From assembly GCA_013416795.1 (NCBI GenBank), contig RQSC01000023.1:25323-86071 (forward strand): a DNA stretch of 60,749 nucleotides, read 5' to 3'. Made by a program: the position numbers and the translations under genes. Positions 42,689-54,487 of this stretch are shown in pieces. The notes below the pieces were generated by a model. That model searched no databases. It was not told where the DNA came from and saw nothing but the letters and a program-made list of their open reading frames with translations. How positions within the stretch are numbered: the stretch's first letter is position 1; each line of letters begins with the position of its first letter. The DNA comes from Prasinococcaceae sp. CCMP 1430 (Eukaryota > Plantae > Prasinodermophyta).

Positions 42689-45600
42689 ATGCTCACCAAG
42701 GTGAGGGCGCGAGGGGAGGAGCGCGGGGGAACCCCCCGGTGCGACCCCACGCCCCCCGCTGCCGCGGGGAGGCACGGATCGGCCGGCGCCGGCGCGCCGC
42801 GCCTCCACTCCCTCCCACCTCCTCCCCCACGCTGCCCTAAAAAGCGCGATCGGCATGGCCGCAGGGAGGGCGGGGCGCGCGCGCGCGATCGGCGGCGCTC
42901 CACGCCACTCCGGGGGTCCCTGCGCCCTTCACCCCCCACCGCTCCTCGCGGCCACATCCCGCGCCGTCCGCGGCGCTGACAGCGCCGCCACGCTCACCCC
43001 CGGCACCGCGCGCCCCTCCGCGGCGGGGCTACGCTTCGCTTCGTTTCGCGCCCGCCCTCGCAGTTCGAGACCAAGTCCAACCGGGTCAAGGGGCTGAGCT
43101 TCCATCCCAAGCGCCCGTGGATCCTCGCGTCGCTGCACAGCGGCGTTGTGCAGCTATGGGACTACCGCATGGGCACGCTCATCGACCGCTTCGACGAGCA
43201 CGACGGGCCTGTGCGCGGCGTGCACTTCCACAAGAGCCAGCCGCTCTTCGTTTCGGGAGGTGCGAGCGCGGAAGCGCCGCCTTCTCCCGGATGCTCGGAG
43301 AAGATGCGCGGCACGCGCGAGACGCGCGCGCTGTGCGCAGGCCGCCAGCCACCGCGCCCGCCGCCGAACGCCGTGCCACCCGTGGGCCGGTCGGGGTGAA
43401 GTCTGCCTTGCGGTCCGCCTGCCAGCAACCACGGCGCTCAGCGGAGCGCGTTCGGCTGTTGATCGCCGGGGTGTTGTGCGCCCCCGCCGTGCCGCGCCTC
43501 GCTGCGCGGCGTCGTCCTTTGCAGCGCCGCTCGTGGCGCGGTGCGTGGGTGGCTTGGGCGCTGACAGCATTCGATCGCGCCGCGTCGCGCCGCGCAGGTG
43601 ATGACTACAAGGTCAAGGTGTGGAACTACAAGAACCGCCGCTGCCTCTTCACACTCCTTGGCCACCTCGACTACATCCGCACCGTGCAGTTCCACGAGGA
43701 GCATCCCTGGATCGTGTCGGCGAGCGACGATCAGACCATCCGCGTCTGGAACTGGCAGAGCCGCTCGTGTATTGCCGTGCTCACCGGCCACAACCACTAC
43801 GTGATGTGCGCGTGCTTCCACCTCAAGGAGGACCTGGTGGTGAGCGCGTCGCTGGATCAGACCGTGCGCGTGTGGGACATCTCGGGCCTGCGCAAGCGCA
43901 GCGCCGCCCCCGGCAGCCAGGGCCCCGACGAGCTCATGCAGCTGGGCCAGATGAACTCCGACCTCTTCGGCGGCGGCGACGCCGTGGTCAAGTACGTCCT
44001 CGAGGGCCACGATCGTGGCGTGAACTGGGCGGCGTTCCACCCCAGCCTGCCGCTCATCGTCAGTGGCGCCGACGACAGGCAGGTGAAGCTCTGGCGCATG
44101 AACGACACCAAGGCTTGGGAGGTCGACACGCTGCGCGGCCACCTCAACAACGTGTCGTGCGTCATGTTCCACGCGCGCCAGGACATCATCGTGTCGAACT
44201 CGGAGGACAAGTCCATCCGCGTGTGGGACATGTCCAAGCGCACGGGCGTGCAGACGTACAGGCGCGAGCACGATCGCTTTTGGATCCTCGCGGCGCACCC
44301 CGAACTCAATCTGCTCGCCGCGGGCCACGACAGTGGCATGATCGTCTTCAAGCTCGAGCGCGAGCGCCCGGCGTACACCTCGCACGGTGGCACGCTCTTC
44401 TTCGTCAAGGATCGCTACCTGCGCGCGTACGACTACGCGAGCGGCCGCGACAACCCGCTGGTCTCCATCCGCAGGCCAGGCTCCACGAGCGGACCGTCGA
44501 CCGGTGCGCGCTCCATCAGCTACAACCCGGCGGAGAACGCCGTGCTCGTCAACTCGGATGCCGAGGGCGGCTCGTACGAGCTCGTGGTCATCCCGCGAGA
44601 CGGCAGCGGCGGCCGCGCCGAGCCGAGCGTGTCGCTGCGCGGCCAGGGCCAGGGGGCCGTGTTCATCGCGCGCAACCGCTTCGCCGTGCTGGACAAGGCG
44701 CACAGCGAGATCCTCATCAAGAACCTCAGGAACGAGGTCACCAAGAAGTGCACGCCGCAGGTGCCCTCGCTGGACGCGATCTTCTTCGCGGGCACGGGCT
44801 CGCTGTTGCTGCGCTCGGACGACCGTGTGGCGCTGTTCGACGTGCAGCAGCGCACTGTCACAGCGGAGCTCGCGACGCCTTTCGTCAAGTACGTCGTGTG
44901 GAACGCGGACATGTCGCAGGTGGCGCTGCTGTCCAAGCACACGGTCATCATTGCCAGCCGCAAGCTCGAGCACCTGTGCACCGTGCACGAGACCATCCGC
45001 GTCAAGTCGGGCGCGTGGGATGAGTGCGGCGTCTTCGTGTACACCACGCTAAACCACGTCAAGTATTGCCTCCCCAACGGCGACAGCGGCATCATCCGCA
45101 CGCTGGAGAACCCCGTGTACCTCACGCGAGTGTCGGGCGACGCCGTGTGCTGCCTCGACCGCGACGGCAAGAACCGCACGTTGCAGATCGATCCCACCGA
45201 GTACATCTTCAAGCTCGCGCTGGTGAAGCGCCAGTACGACCGCGTGCTGCACATGATCCGCACCGCGCCGCTTTGTGGCCAGGCGATCATCGCCTACCTG
45301 CAGACCAAGGGCTACCCGGAGGTGGCCCTGCACTTCGTGCGCGACGAGCGCACGCGCTTCAACCTGGCCATCGAGTGCGGCAACATCGAGGCCGCGCTCG
45401 CGGCGGCGCACGAGCTCGACGAGAAGGACGCCTGGCACACGCTCGGCGTGGAGGCACTTCGCCAGGGTAACCACCAGGTGGTGGAGTTTGCCTACCAGAA
45501 GACCAAGAACTTCGATCGCCTGAGCTTCCTGTACCTGATCATGGGCAACACCGACAAGCTGCAGAAGATGCTCAAGATCGCCGACATGCGCGGCGACATC

Positions 45601-47121
45601 ATGAGCCGCTTCCACAACGCGCTGTACCTCGGAGATGTCGAGGAGCGAGTGAAGATCCTGGAGGAGGCTGGCCACCCCGCGCTCGCCTACGCCACCGCCG
45701 CGACGCACGGCCTCACGGAAACTGCGGAGAGGCTTGCCGACGAGCTGGACGAGCTGCCGCCGCTGCTGCCAGACGGAGGCAAGCTGATGATCCCGCAAAG
45801 TCCCATCACCAGGGAGGAGAACTGGCCGCTGCTCACGGTGAGCAAGTCGCTCTTCGAGCAAGCGTTCGGCGCGAACGCGGCCGCGGGCGCCACGGCGGCG
45901 GAGCAGGGAGGCGGCGCGGGTGCCATGGGCGCGGACGACGCAATGGCCATGGAGGAGGCCGGCGACGCATGGGGCGACGACGACGACCTCGACCTCGGCA
46001 TGGGCGGCGACGACGACGACGGCGAGGGCGGCATGGGCGGAGACGACGACGATGACGGCTCGGGCGGCTGGGACATGGAGGACTTGGAGCTGCCACCTGA
46101 CGCGCTCGCTGGGGCCGGCGGCGCGGGTGGCGCAGGCGAGGTGGAGAGCGGCCCGTTCGTGGTGCCCACGGCGGGGGTGCCCGCCGCGCAGCGCTGGGCG
46201 TCCAAGTCGCCGCTGGCGGCCGAGTGCGCGGCCGCGGGCGACTTCGACGCTGCGGCGCGCCTGCTGCACCGCCAGCTGGGCGTCGTGCAGCTCGAGCCGC
46301 TGCGATCGCTGTTTGTCGAGGCGTACCTCGGCTCGCACGCCGCGATGCCCGCCGCTCCCGGCGCGCCGGGCGGCTCGCTCCTGGTGCCACTTGAGCGCGG
46401 TTGGACCGAGAGCAGCGGCGCGGCGGGCACGGGCGCGCCCGCGGTGGTTGCGAAGCTGTCCACGCTCGAGGACGACCTGCGCCGCGCGTACAAGCTGGTG
46501 ACGGAGGGCAAATTTTCCGAGGCGCTGCGCACTTTCACGCGCATCATGCAGTCGTGCTTCATGTTGGTGGTTGAGACGCGTCGCGAGGTGGACGAGGTCA
46601 AGGAGTTGCTGTCGATCGCCGCGGGGTACGCCTCCGCGCTGCGCATCGAGCTGAAGCGCAAAGAGATTGCCAAGGACGACCCCGTGCGTGCCGTTGAGCT
46701 TGCGTGCTACTTCACGCACTCGCCGGCGCTGCAAAACGTGCACCTCGCGCTCGCGCTGCGCGCGGCCATGTCCAGCGCCTTCAAGGCCAAGTGTCTGGCC
46801 ACGAGCGCCTCGATGGCTCGCCGCCTCATCGAGCTGGCGCCCGCGCCCAAGGTGCTCCAGCAGGCGAAGCAGGTGCTTGCCGCCTGCGAGAAAGCGGGCC
46901 TCTCGGATGCGGTTGAGCTCAAGTACGACGCACGAAACCCCTTCGTTACGTGCAACGGCACCTTCGAGCCCATTTACAAGGGCTCCAAGACCGTGTCCGA
47001 CCCGGCGTGCGGGGCGAAGTACTCGCCCGACTGCGCGGGCCAAGTGTGCAACGTGTCTCAGGTCGGCAAGGTCGGCGCTGATGGCAGCGGGCTCATGGTG
47101 AGCCACTCGCAGGCGCGCTGA
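42689..47121 (+). CDS. COPA: Coatomer subunit alpha; exons 42689-42700, 43064-43259, 43598-47121
   Basis: MLTK|[27 protein letters not shown]...FVSG|[11 protein letters not shown]40 propellers, coatomer WDAD region and COPI C-terminus. Plant-like sequence. Confidence 0.97.
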
Positions 47122-47326
47122 TCGCTCTAGCTCAAGCGAGCCAGAGCAACTATAAAATATTTTCCGCCACAACGAGCACGCGCGCTCGCCTATCTGTGAT
47201 CACAGGCGCGGTGGCGCGCGCTACGGCAGTCTGAGATGGCGGCGGCGAGCCCCCCCCCTTCCGCGCGCTCGCGCTGCCACCCACGGCCCGTGCGAGCCAC
47301 GAGGCAGAAAAATGCCACTTTACATC

Positions 47327-48376
47327 TCAGTTGGTGAAGGCATCATCGTACGCCGCCGCCTGCTGTGCGCGCGCCCTCGCCAGCGCTGCGGCATGGACCT
47401 TGCGCCTGTTGGCCGCCCGCACGCCGCGGCCGCCACGGCCCCATCTTCCAAGGCCCATGTCGCTGAGGGCGTCCCAGAACGCCGGCATCTGCGCAACCAA
47501 GAGCACGACGGCGACGATGCCGCACGAGAGCACGAAGCATTCCTTCCATGCATCGGGCGCGCCCAGCACCCCACTGAACAGACCGGTGCCAAGCACGCCC
47601 CTGCTACCACCCTTGTCGCCGCGCCCCCTGGACTTGCTCCTCTTAGACGATCTGGTGGACTTGCTCGCCTTGGGCGCTGGCTCCTTGCCATTGAAGCACT
47701 CGAGCAGCGATCCATCGTGGGCCGCAAAACCCGCGAGCGCGCACGTGTCGGCCGCGCCTTCCGACATATCCTCGAGACGCGAGCACACCGTGTCGGCCTC
47801 GTGGCACGGCCGCAGCTCCTGCGTGCGCGCATCGACGGTGAACCAGTCCGAGCGACACGCTGCATGCACGCGCTCGCAGAACGGCGTGCACACCAGCATC
47901 TCCTTGGCCGTCCCCAGACGCGGGTCGCAGGGCGCGCACTCGAGCCTCAGCCACAGCTGCCGGCACTCATCGCTCATGCCCTCGAGCAGCTGCACGGCGC
48001 TGATGCGCACCGCGTCGGTCTGCGCGCGCGAGCAGCACGTGCGGTCCGAGTATGCTGTGCAAAACGAGAGATCGGGCTCGGGGCCCGCGGGGCCGCCCTG
48101 GCGCTCGAACGCGGGCCAGCGGCCCTTGTTCACGCACTTTCCCGCCAATCTCCCCGCTTCCCCCCCGATGCCGTCCCCGGCCCCGTCCTGCGCTCCGCCC
48201 TCGGCGCACGCCACGGCCGTGCCGAGCAACACGCATGCGCCGGCGAAGCGCGAGCAGTGCGGTGTGCTGGCCGCAAAATCGAAGGCCGGCTGCTGGACGA
48301 GTCTCGCCCGCAGATCGGCGCCCGTGCGCTCGCTCGGCGCGGCGCGGCGCGCGACGGCGAGCCGCCACGGCGCCAT
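47327..48376 (-). CDS. Folate-receptor-like Cys-rich domain protein with a C-terminal TM segment (plant type)
   Basis: LSFCTAYSDRTCCS...ECRQLWLRLECAPCDPRLG...VCTPFCERVHAACRSDWF, plus TM CFVLSCGIVAVVLLVA. Confidence 0.8.
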   Translation of the reverse strand: MAPWRLAVARRAAPSERTGADLRARLVQQPAFDFAASTPHCSRFAGACVLLGTAVACAEGGAQDGAGDGIGGEAGRLAGKCVNKGRWPAFERQGGPAGPEPDLSFCTAYSDRTCCSRAQTDAVRISAVQLLEGMSDECRQLWLRLECAPCDPRLGTAKEMLVCTPFCERVHAACRSDWFTVDARTQELRPCHEADTVCSRLEDMSEGAADTCALAGFAAHDGSLLECFNGKEPAPKASKSTRSSKRSKSRGRGDKGGSRGVLGTGLFSGVLGAPDAWKECFVLSCGIVAVVLLVAQMPAFWDALSDMGLGRWGRGGRGVRAANRRKVHAAALARARAQQAAAYDDAFTN

Positions 48377-48393
48377 CGAAATGCACGCATAAG

Positions 48394-48409
48394 CTAACCC
48401 TAACCCTAA
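48394..48409 (-). promoter_or_regulatory. Telomere-like (TTAGGG)2.5 telo-box-like motif 18 nt upstream of the ATG
   Basis: CTAACCCTAACCCTAA on the + strand, directly 5' of the folate-receptor-like gene. Confidence 0.5.
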
Positions 48410-48552
48410 ATGACACGCGTGCGCACACACTCCCTCTCCCCCTGCGGGCTCCCCCAACGCCGCACTGGGAGCACGGGCGAAACGCGCGCGGGACCTCGCC
48501 GTCGCGGCCTCCTCGCGCAGCAGGATGCACGCGCGGGTCTCGGACGGCGTGC

Positions 48553-50253
48553 TTACATGATGTACGCCTTCCGCAGCTCCTTGTAGAGCCACGTCTCGCC
48601 CGTCGCCGGGCACGTAACCATGCCACCGCCGGCGTCGGCCATCCGCTGCACGGCTTGCAGCGAGTACACGCGGCCGTTGGGGAGGACCATGGGAGGGTTG
48701 TCCTCGCTCATCACCGCGCCGCTCGCAGGGCACACGAGCGTCGAACGCAGCGTCTTTGCGCGCGGGAGGCCCGCGGCGAGCGCGCGCACCTCGGGCGAGC
48801 GCAGCGGGTCGTTGGCGTCGGCGTTGGCGCACGGCCGGGGCGCGCCGGCCGCTTGCGTGCCGGCCGCAGCGTCCTCCGTCGCCTGGGCGCCCTCCTCTTC
48901 CGCCGGGCTCGCGCCAGCATTCATTGCGCGCATGCGCCCGACGGCGCCAGCGCGCAGGCGCTCTACCGTCGCCTCAATGGCCTCATCGACTCCAGCACCG
49001 GCGCCGATGATGTCCAAGTCCATGTCCTCCCCGCCGTCGACGAGTTCGTTGTAGGGTACCCACGCGTGCTGCGCGGAGGCCCAGCGCCGTGCGACAGGCA
49101 CCAAGAGGTCCTCCCCGAATTGCAGGCGGCTGCGGCGCGCCATTCCCGCCCCTGCCAATGCGCCCGCGCCCCTGCCTGCCCGAGTGCCCGCGCGCGCGCC
49201 AACTCCGCCCGCCTTGGCCGGCGGTGGCGAGTCGGCGAGCGCGGCAAGGCCCGCGCGCACGTACGTAGCGAGCGCGCTCTCCTCAGCGAGACCGCACACC
49301 TTCCAGCTCGCTCGGCGCAATTCACCCGCGAGGTCCTCCCAGCGCTCGTCGGAGAGCAGCGCGGCGTATCGTGCGGGCATCTGCGCCCCGCCAAGCACGC
49401 TCGCGCCTGCCGAGACCAGCGCGACGAGACCAACCGCGCACTGGACCTTCGGCATGTGCGTTGACGCCCACGGCGCGAGGTGCGCGCGCACGTGCTTGAC
49501 AGCGCTCGCGCGCGCGTCCGCAGCCGCCTGTGCGTCGCCGGCAGCTGCGAGCTGCGCCGCGCGCTTCGCCTCCTCGGCCACCTCCTGCAGCCGAAGCTCA
49601 AACTCCAGGTGGGAACCTGCGCGCTTGAGGCGCGCGCGGTGTTCGGCGGCCCATGCGAGCGCCGGGCCTAGGCGCTCCGCAGCGCTCGGAGGCGACGCGC
49701 CCTTGCCGCCCTTCTCCTGCAGTGCGGCCAGCGCCGCGTGCGCGCCCGCAAACGCCGCTCCATCCACGAGCTCCGACACGTTCGACGCGTCAGCGAGCTT
49801 GCCAGCAGCGGTGTGGCATCCTTCGCGGTGCATGTGCTCGGCGAGCATGCGGTCCACGCGCCGCAGCGCGTTCGCGCCCAGCGCGCCCCCTCCGAGCGTG
49901 CTGCCACTGCCAGTGCGCATGCCGACCTCGGCCACGACGGGGAGCTCGTTGGCGCCCGCAGCGTTGTCCTCCTGAGCGCACGCCACCAGGTGGGCGGCGC
50001 GTGCGGTTGCACGGTCAAGTTGCTCGCGCTCCCGCGCTGCGAGCTCGTCGACACGCTGGGCTGCTGCGCGCAGCCGCTCGGCGACGCGCGCGAGCGCGGC
50101 TGCGTCCGCGTCGCCTTCGCCGCTGTTGCCCGCCGTGAGCTCGCGCAGGGCGACGAGCTCGCGCTCGGCGAGCTTGGCCTGCGCGCGCGTGAGGCGTTTG
50201 AGCTCCTCAACGGGCACGCGCAGGAGCGCCCCCTCCACCTGCACCGACTCCAT
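48553..50253 (-). CDS. MAEA: CTLH/GID E3 ligase subunit MAEA/FYV10/GID9
   Basis: LLRVPVEEL, LisH (RRVDRMLAEHMHREG), CTLH (ALAWAAEHRARLKRAGSHLEFELRLQE), CRA, and degenerate RING LVCPASGAVMSEDNPPMVLPNGRVYS...CPATGE...KAYIM. Confidence 0.9.
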   Translation of the reverse strand: MESVQVEGALLRVPVEELKRLTRAQAKLAERELVALRELTAGNSGEGDADAAALARVAERLRAAAQRVDELAAREREQLDRATARAAHLVACAQEDNAAGANELPVVAEVGMRTGSGSTLGGGALGANALRRVDRMLAEHMHREGCHTAAGKLADASNVSELVDGAAFAGAHAALAALQEKGGKGASPPSAAERLGPALAWAAEHRARLKRAGSHLEFELRLQEVAEEAKRAAQLAAAGDAQAAADARASAVKHVRAHLAPWASTHMPKVQCAVGLVALVSAGASVLGGAQMPARYAALLSDERWEDLAGELRRASWKVCGLAEESALATYVRAGLAALADSPPPAKAGGVGARAGTRAGRGAGALAGAGMARRSRLQFGEDLLVPVARRWASAQHAWVPYNELVDGGEDMDLDIIGAGAGVDEAIEATVERLRAGAVGRMRAMNAGASPAEEEGAQATEDAAAGTQAAGAPRPCANADANDPLRSPEVRALAAGLPRAKTLRSTLVCPASGAVMSEDNPPMVLPNGRVYSLQAVQRMADAGGGMVTCPATGETWLYKELRKAYIM

Positions 50254-50692
50254 CCCGCCAGCGCCTCTGCCCCCGGCGCCCCGCAGCTCTCGGCACGCGG
50301 GTCCAGCCACCCCCCTGAAAAAAGACGCGTGTGCGCGCGCGCGTGCGGGGGAGGGGTGGGGGGGGAGGGAGCGCGCTGCGGCCCGGCGCCGCGCGCTCCG
50401 CGCCGCGTCCGCGGCGCGCAGTCAAGCCCCCGCCCTCCTCCCTCCCTCAACAATGCCTCTCCCTCCCCGCCCGCCTCGCCGGAGCGGCGCCCCCTGCCGC
50501 AGCGCGCGGTGTGGCGCCTCGCCGGCGGCGCCGCGCGCGCGTGTTCCTGGATGGTGTTTCTGACTGTTTCATCACCATTACGTTACAACACACTGTACGT
50601 ACGTCCATTAATACAAAATTACTCCGCGCGGCTTACTGCTCCGTGCGGCTTACAGTACCATCATGGTACTGTACATACGATTCACATCCACA

Positions 50693-53221
50693 TCACATCA
50701 CCGCGCAGGAGCACGCGGGCGGGCCCCCACCTCGCAGGAAGACGGCCTCGGCGTCGCCCGCCTCCTGAATGGCCTCGAGGCGGCGCACGATCTGCGCGGC
50801 CGAGGGCCTCCTCTGCCAGTCCTGCGCCCAGCAGTCCTCCACGAGCGAACGGATCGACTGGGGCCACCCGCTGGGAAGGGGAGGCCGGTGGGATTCCTCG
50901 CACACGCGCTGGAGGTAGCGCTCGACCTTCCTGCGGGCGCGCGCGCGGGCGGGCGAAGCGCGCGGGCGGATGGGAGCAGCGAGGCGCACGAGGACACGCG
51001 CGACGGGCGGCGTGTGAGCACGCGCGCCTGCCGGAACTCTCGCGCCCGCCCGGTGGCGCGCGCTGGCACATGGGCGTGTGCGGATGCCGCGCCGGTGCGC
51101 CCAGCCGCCACGTCACGTAGGCGCACGCGCCCGCCTTCGTGAACGTACCTGGGATGGTCCAGTCCATAGCGCGCCGAGACGACCGTCGCTGCGAGGAGCT
51201 CGTACAGGGCCACGCCGAAGGAGTATATGTCCACCCGACGGCCGTATGGCTCACACGCCGCCATCTCGGGCGCGCAATACACGCACGAACCCACGCCGCC
51301 AGTCATCGCAAAATTCCGCTCTGCGAGCAGCTGCCTCCCCAAATCTTGGGGTCCACACTTCGGCGCAGTTCCATCCGCGGGATCCACGGGCCCAAGTCTA
51401 CTCCTGCGGGTCCTTCTGGCGCGCAGCCTCTCGGGCAGCGGCTTCGCCACGCCGAAGTCACACAGAACGGCCATCGTCCGCGTCTGGGGAGTTGTCTGCT
51501 CTGGGGAGTGGGGTGTGGCAGGGGGCGTTTCAGGGGGTGTGGGCCAGTCGGCGCCGCCTGTGCTGGAGTCGCCGGCCTCACTGGAGAAGCTGCTATGCGC
51601 GTCGCTCCCGCTTGCTGAACGCGGGCGTTGGTCGCCGGTGGCGGCGCTCGCCCGCCGGCTGAGCGAGAGAAGGCCGGTGAAACTTCGACTGATCGCGCTA
51701 CGTTTGGAGGGGGATCGAGCACGCGGCGGCGGTCTCAGGATCATATTGCTCAGCTTCAGGTCCCTGTTGAATGCCGTGATGGAAGAGGAGGAGGAGCGCG
51801 GTCAGCTCTCGCGTGTGCGCTTCCCTCCCCTCCCCTCCCTGTCGCCCCGGGGGGGGGGGGGGGGGGGAGGATTGATATGCGCACACGTCACAGTCGCGCG
51901 GGGATGTCGAGGGCGTGAGGGACGGGGTTCTAGCAGGGAGGCGTATGCGCTCACGCACCTGTGGGTGATGGGCCCCTCGGGACGGTCATGGAGGCACTGA
52001 AGTGCACGCGCGATGTCGAGCGCCCACGCAATGGCATCAGTACCGCTGTACAGCTGCTCGCCAACGCTCTGCAGCGCCACCATTTTGGCAAGGCTGCCTC
52101 CTGCGCACAGCTCCTCCACCAAGAAGAGCGTGCGGCCGCCGACGGAGCCGTCCATTCCCGACGTGTCGGCGGAGAAGCTCGCAGGCCGGCTGTGCGAGCG
52201 GCTGTCCACTATCCCCCATCCCACGAAGCCAACAATCGTGTTGCACGCCTCTGCGAGTTTTGCAAGGACCGCGATCTCACAGCGGAGATCATTGAGGGAG
52301 ACAATGCACCCGGACGGCCGCAGGCTCTTCACCGCCACGTCGCGCTTGCGTTTGGTGCCATCGGCGTCGGAGCCTGTCCGCAGCGACATGTGACACACAT
52401 CGCCGAATTGCCCGCTGCCCAGGAGCCGCTTGAAGGAGAGCTGACTCCACTCAATGCGCGACTTGGCGAGCTCCGCGTCAATTTCCAGGAGCTCGAAGAG
52501 ATCGGTAGACGACGTCGCACTCAGGTCGAGCTGCCGCAGGTGTACTCGCGTACACTCGACTATCTGGTTCGTCGTTGCGTCGTCGAGAAACTCGCTCGCG
52601 ACGAATGACGAGCGTGCCGACCCCTCGGGATCATCACCGGCCATGCTCTCGTCGGTGTCAGTCTGATAGTACGCCGCTCCGCCGTTGTCGTCGCGGCCTG
52701 GGCTGTCGCAGCGACCTGTCACTACCGGGCCGCACCCATCGGCGGCGTACCCACCTGAGCGCTTCGAGAGGGGCGACAAGGCCGTCACGAGTCCTCCTCC
52801 GTGGGGCATTTCGCCGGCTTGACGAGGGCTCTCTGGCGCGGGTGCGAACTCTCCGCGGTGGGCCGGCGCCAGGCCGCGAGACAACGGCGCGTGTCCGTCC
52901 ACCCACGTGTTCGGCGACATGGGGTCAGGACCGCCAACGACCTTGGCCGGTACTGCGTGCGGACGAGTCACCTCCGCGCCTTGCTCGGTCGCCGCGTAGC
53001 GCGCCAGCCGGGGGGTAAGTGTGGGTGACCGCACTTGCCGCGCGCGGGGCCACCGCGCGAATCCACCGCTCGGCGCACCGGCGCGAGGCGAGGCGAAGCG
53101 CGCGCCGCGGCCGCCCAGCTGCGCGGTTGCGCGNATTTTGCTCAACTTCGGCGAGGGCACGGCGGGAAAACAGGCGACGGAACAGCTCGATCATCAGATC
53201 CTTTTGTCGCTGGGGCGGCAT
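50693..53221 (-). CDS. TKL-type protein kinase with a C-terminal CaaX; exons ~52920-51959, 51763-51149, 50930-50693, and a possible first exon 53221-53135
   Basis: GSGQFGDV, VAVK, LVEELCAGGSL, HR|DLKLSN, DFG, YCAPE, VDIYSFG, CWAQDWQRRPSA. Ends CSCAVM*. Confidence 0.9.
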
Positions 53222-54379
53222 GCAGGGACGTGCGTGGCCAACGCGCTTGCTAAACAGACGTAGGAGGAGCTCGCGCGCACGACTGCCACTCTTCTTAGCT
53301 TGACGCGTGCCGGCCGCCGCGCGCAGCCGCGGCGGCGGCTGCCGCCCGCGGCAGGGTTCATACTTTTTTTAAAATCAAAATAAGGACAGTCCGATAAATA
53401 ACCGTCCCGTCGCGTCGAGCGACGCGTTCAATGTGATGGCGTTTTGATCGGCGCGAAACGCACAAAAAAAAACATCCCCCGGTAACCGCCGGCACTATCA
53501 CAATAACCGCCGGGCGCTGAGCGGGGCACGGTAGTTGTTTCAACCGCAGCGTCCACAGCCACGTGGCCTCAACATGTACGTTATTTTGTGTCCGTTGTTT
53601 TTGTTTCATACGTCAAAAGCCTCTTGGAACGCCCGCGGCACCAGATATTTCGAGGCCGCGAGGAACATTGGTTCCGAGGAGGCGGAGAGGCACACGACAG
53701 GTCAGCCGCGTGACTATGCTGCGGGTGTGACGCGGCCCGAGTTTCGGCGACTGCTTGCGGAAAAAGCGCCGGAAGCTCCGCCGCGCGCGCGCGCGCGGCG
53801 CCGCGACGCCGCGCGCCCGGAATGCGAGTTGATGGGGGCGGCAGGCTTCCGCTTCGCGGACGCGTCCGCGAAACGAGCGCGTCGTTTGGGCCGACCGCCT
53901 CCGGATCCGTCGACGTCGCATGTTTTTGACCTGCCCTCATCCCCATCTACGTAGAAGCATAAAACACCTCACACGTACCCACGGTGTAGTCCTACCGCGC
54001 GTCGCGGTCGTCCGCGCCCGGGGGCCGCTTCCGTCCGTCGAGCGGCGAGCGGCGAGCGGCTGCGGCGGCGCGNNNNNNNNNNNNNNNNNNNNNNNNNNNN
54101 NNNNNNNNNNNNNNNNNNNNNNNNNNNNNNNNNNNNNNNNNNNNNNNNNNNNNNNNNNNNNNNNNNNNNNNNGATTTTGCCCTCCTCCTGCGTCCAGCAG
54201 CGCATCGCGTCAGCCGACCTACCTCCCTCCCTCCCTCTCTCGCGCCCCACACCGCCATGGCACGAACGAGGCCGCCAATCAACACAGACACGAACGCAGC
54301 GGAGAGGCCCTTTTCGACATTGATAAAACAACATAATAGACGTTTGGAAAAACCACGGGCGACACTGTGGACCCTGGGC

Positions 54380-54413
54380 TTAGGGTTGGAGGGGTTAGGG
54401 CTAGATGTTAGGG
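54380..54413 (+). promoter_or_regulatory. Cluster of three TTAGGG motifs ~75 nt upstream of ATG 54488
   Basis: TTAGGG at 54380, 54395 and 54408. Confidence 0.45.
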
Positions 54414-54487
54414 TCCCGCGCATCGCTCTCGCGATCCGCTCCGCTCCGCTCGCGGCGCCGTCGGCCGCCGGCGCGGCGGGCGCCGCG

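Larger units (their letters stand above)
5699..54172. other. Assembly gaps: 5699-5777, 10539-11427, 12613-13135, 23042-23268, 40503-41034, 54073-54172; single N at 31164, 33159, 35448, 53134
   Basis: N runs are read directly. Most are flanked by CGCG-rich, extreme-GC sequence at gene 5' ends. Confidence 1.

Noticed and set aside
53535-53954. 139-aa ORF between the kinase and the large membrane protein
   Set aside because: No motif and mixed codon usage; it lies in an AT-richer promoter-like interval. Coding status cannot be supported.
5560-54072. (CG)n/(GC)n runs at many intergenic sites as Z-DNA elements
   Set aside because: They are ubiquitous background in this genome and mainly explain sequencing dropouts at the gaps. 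No locus-specific signal.
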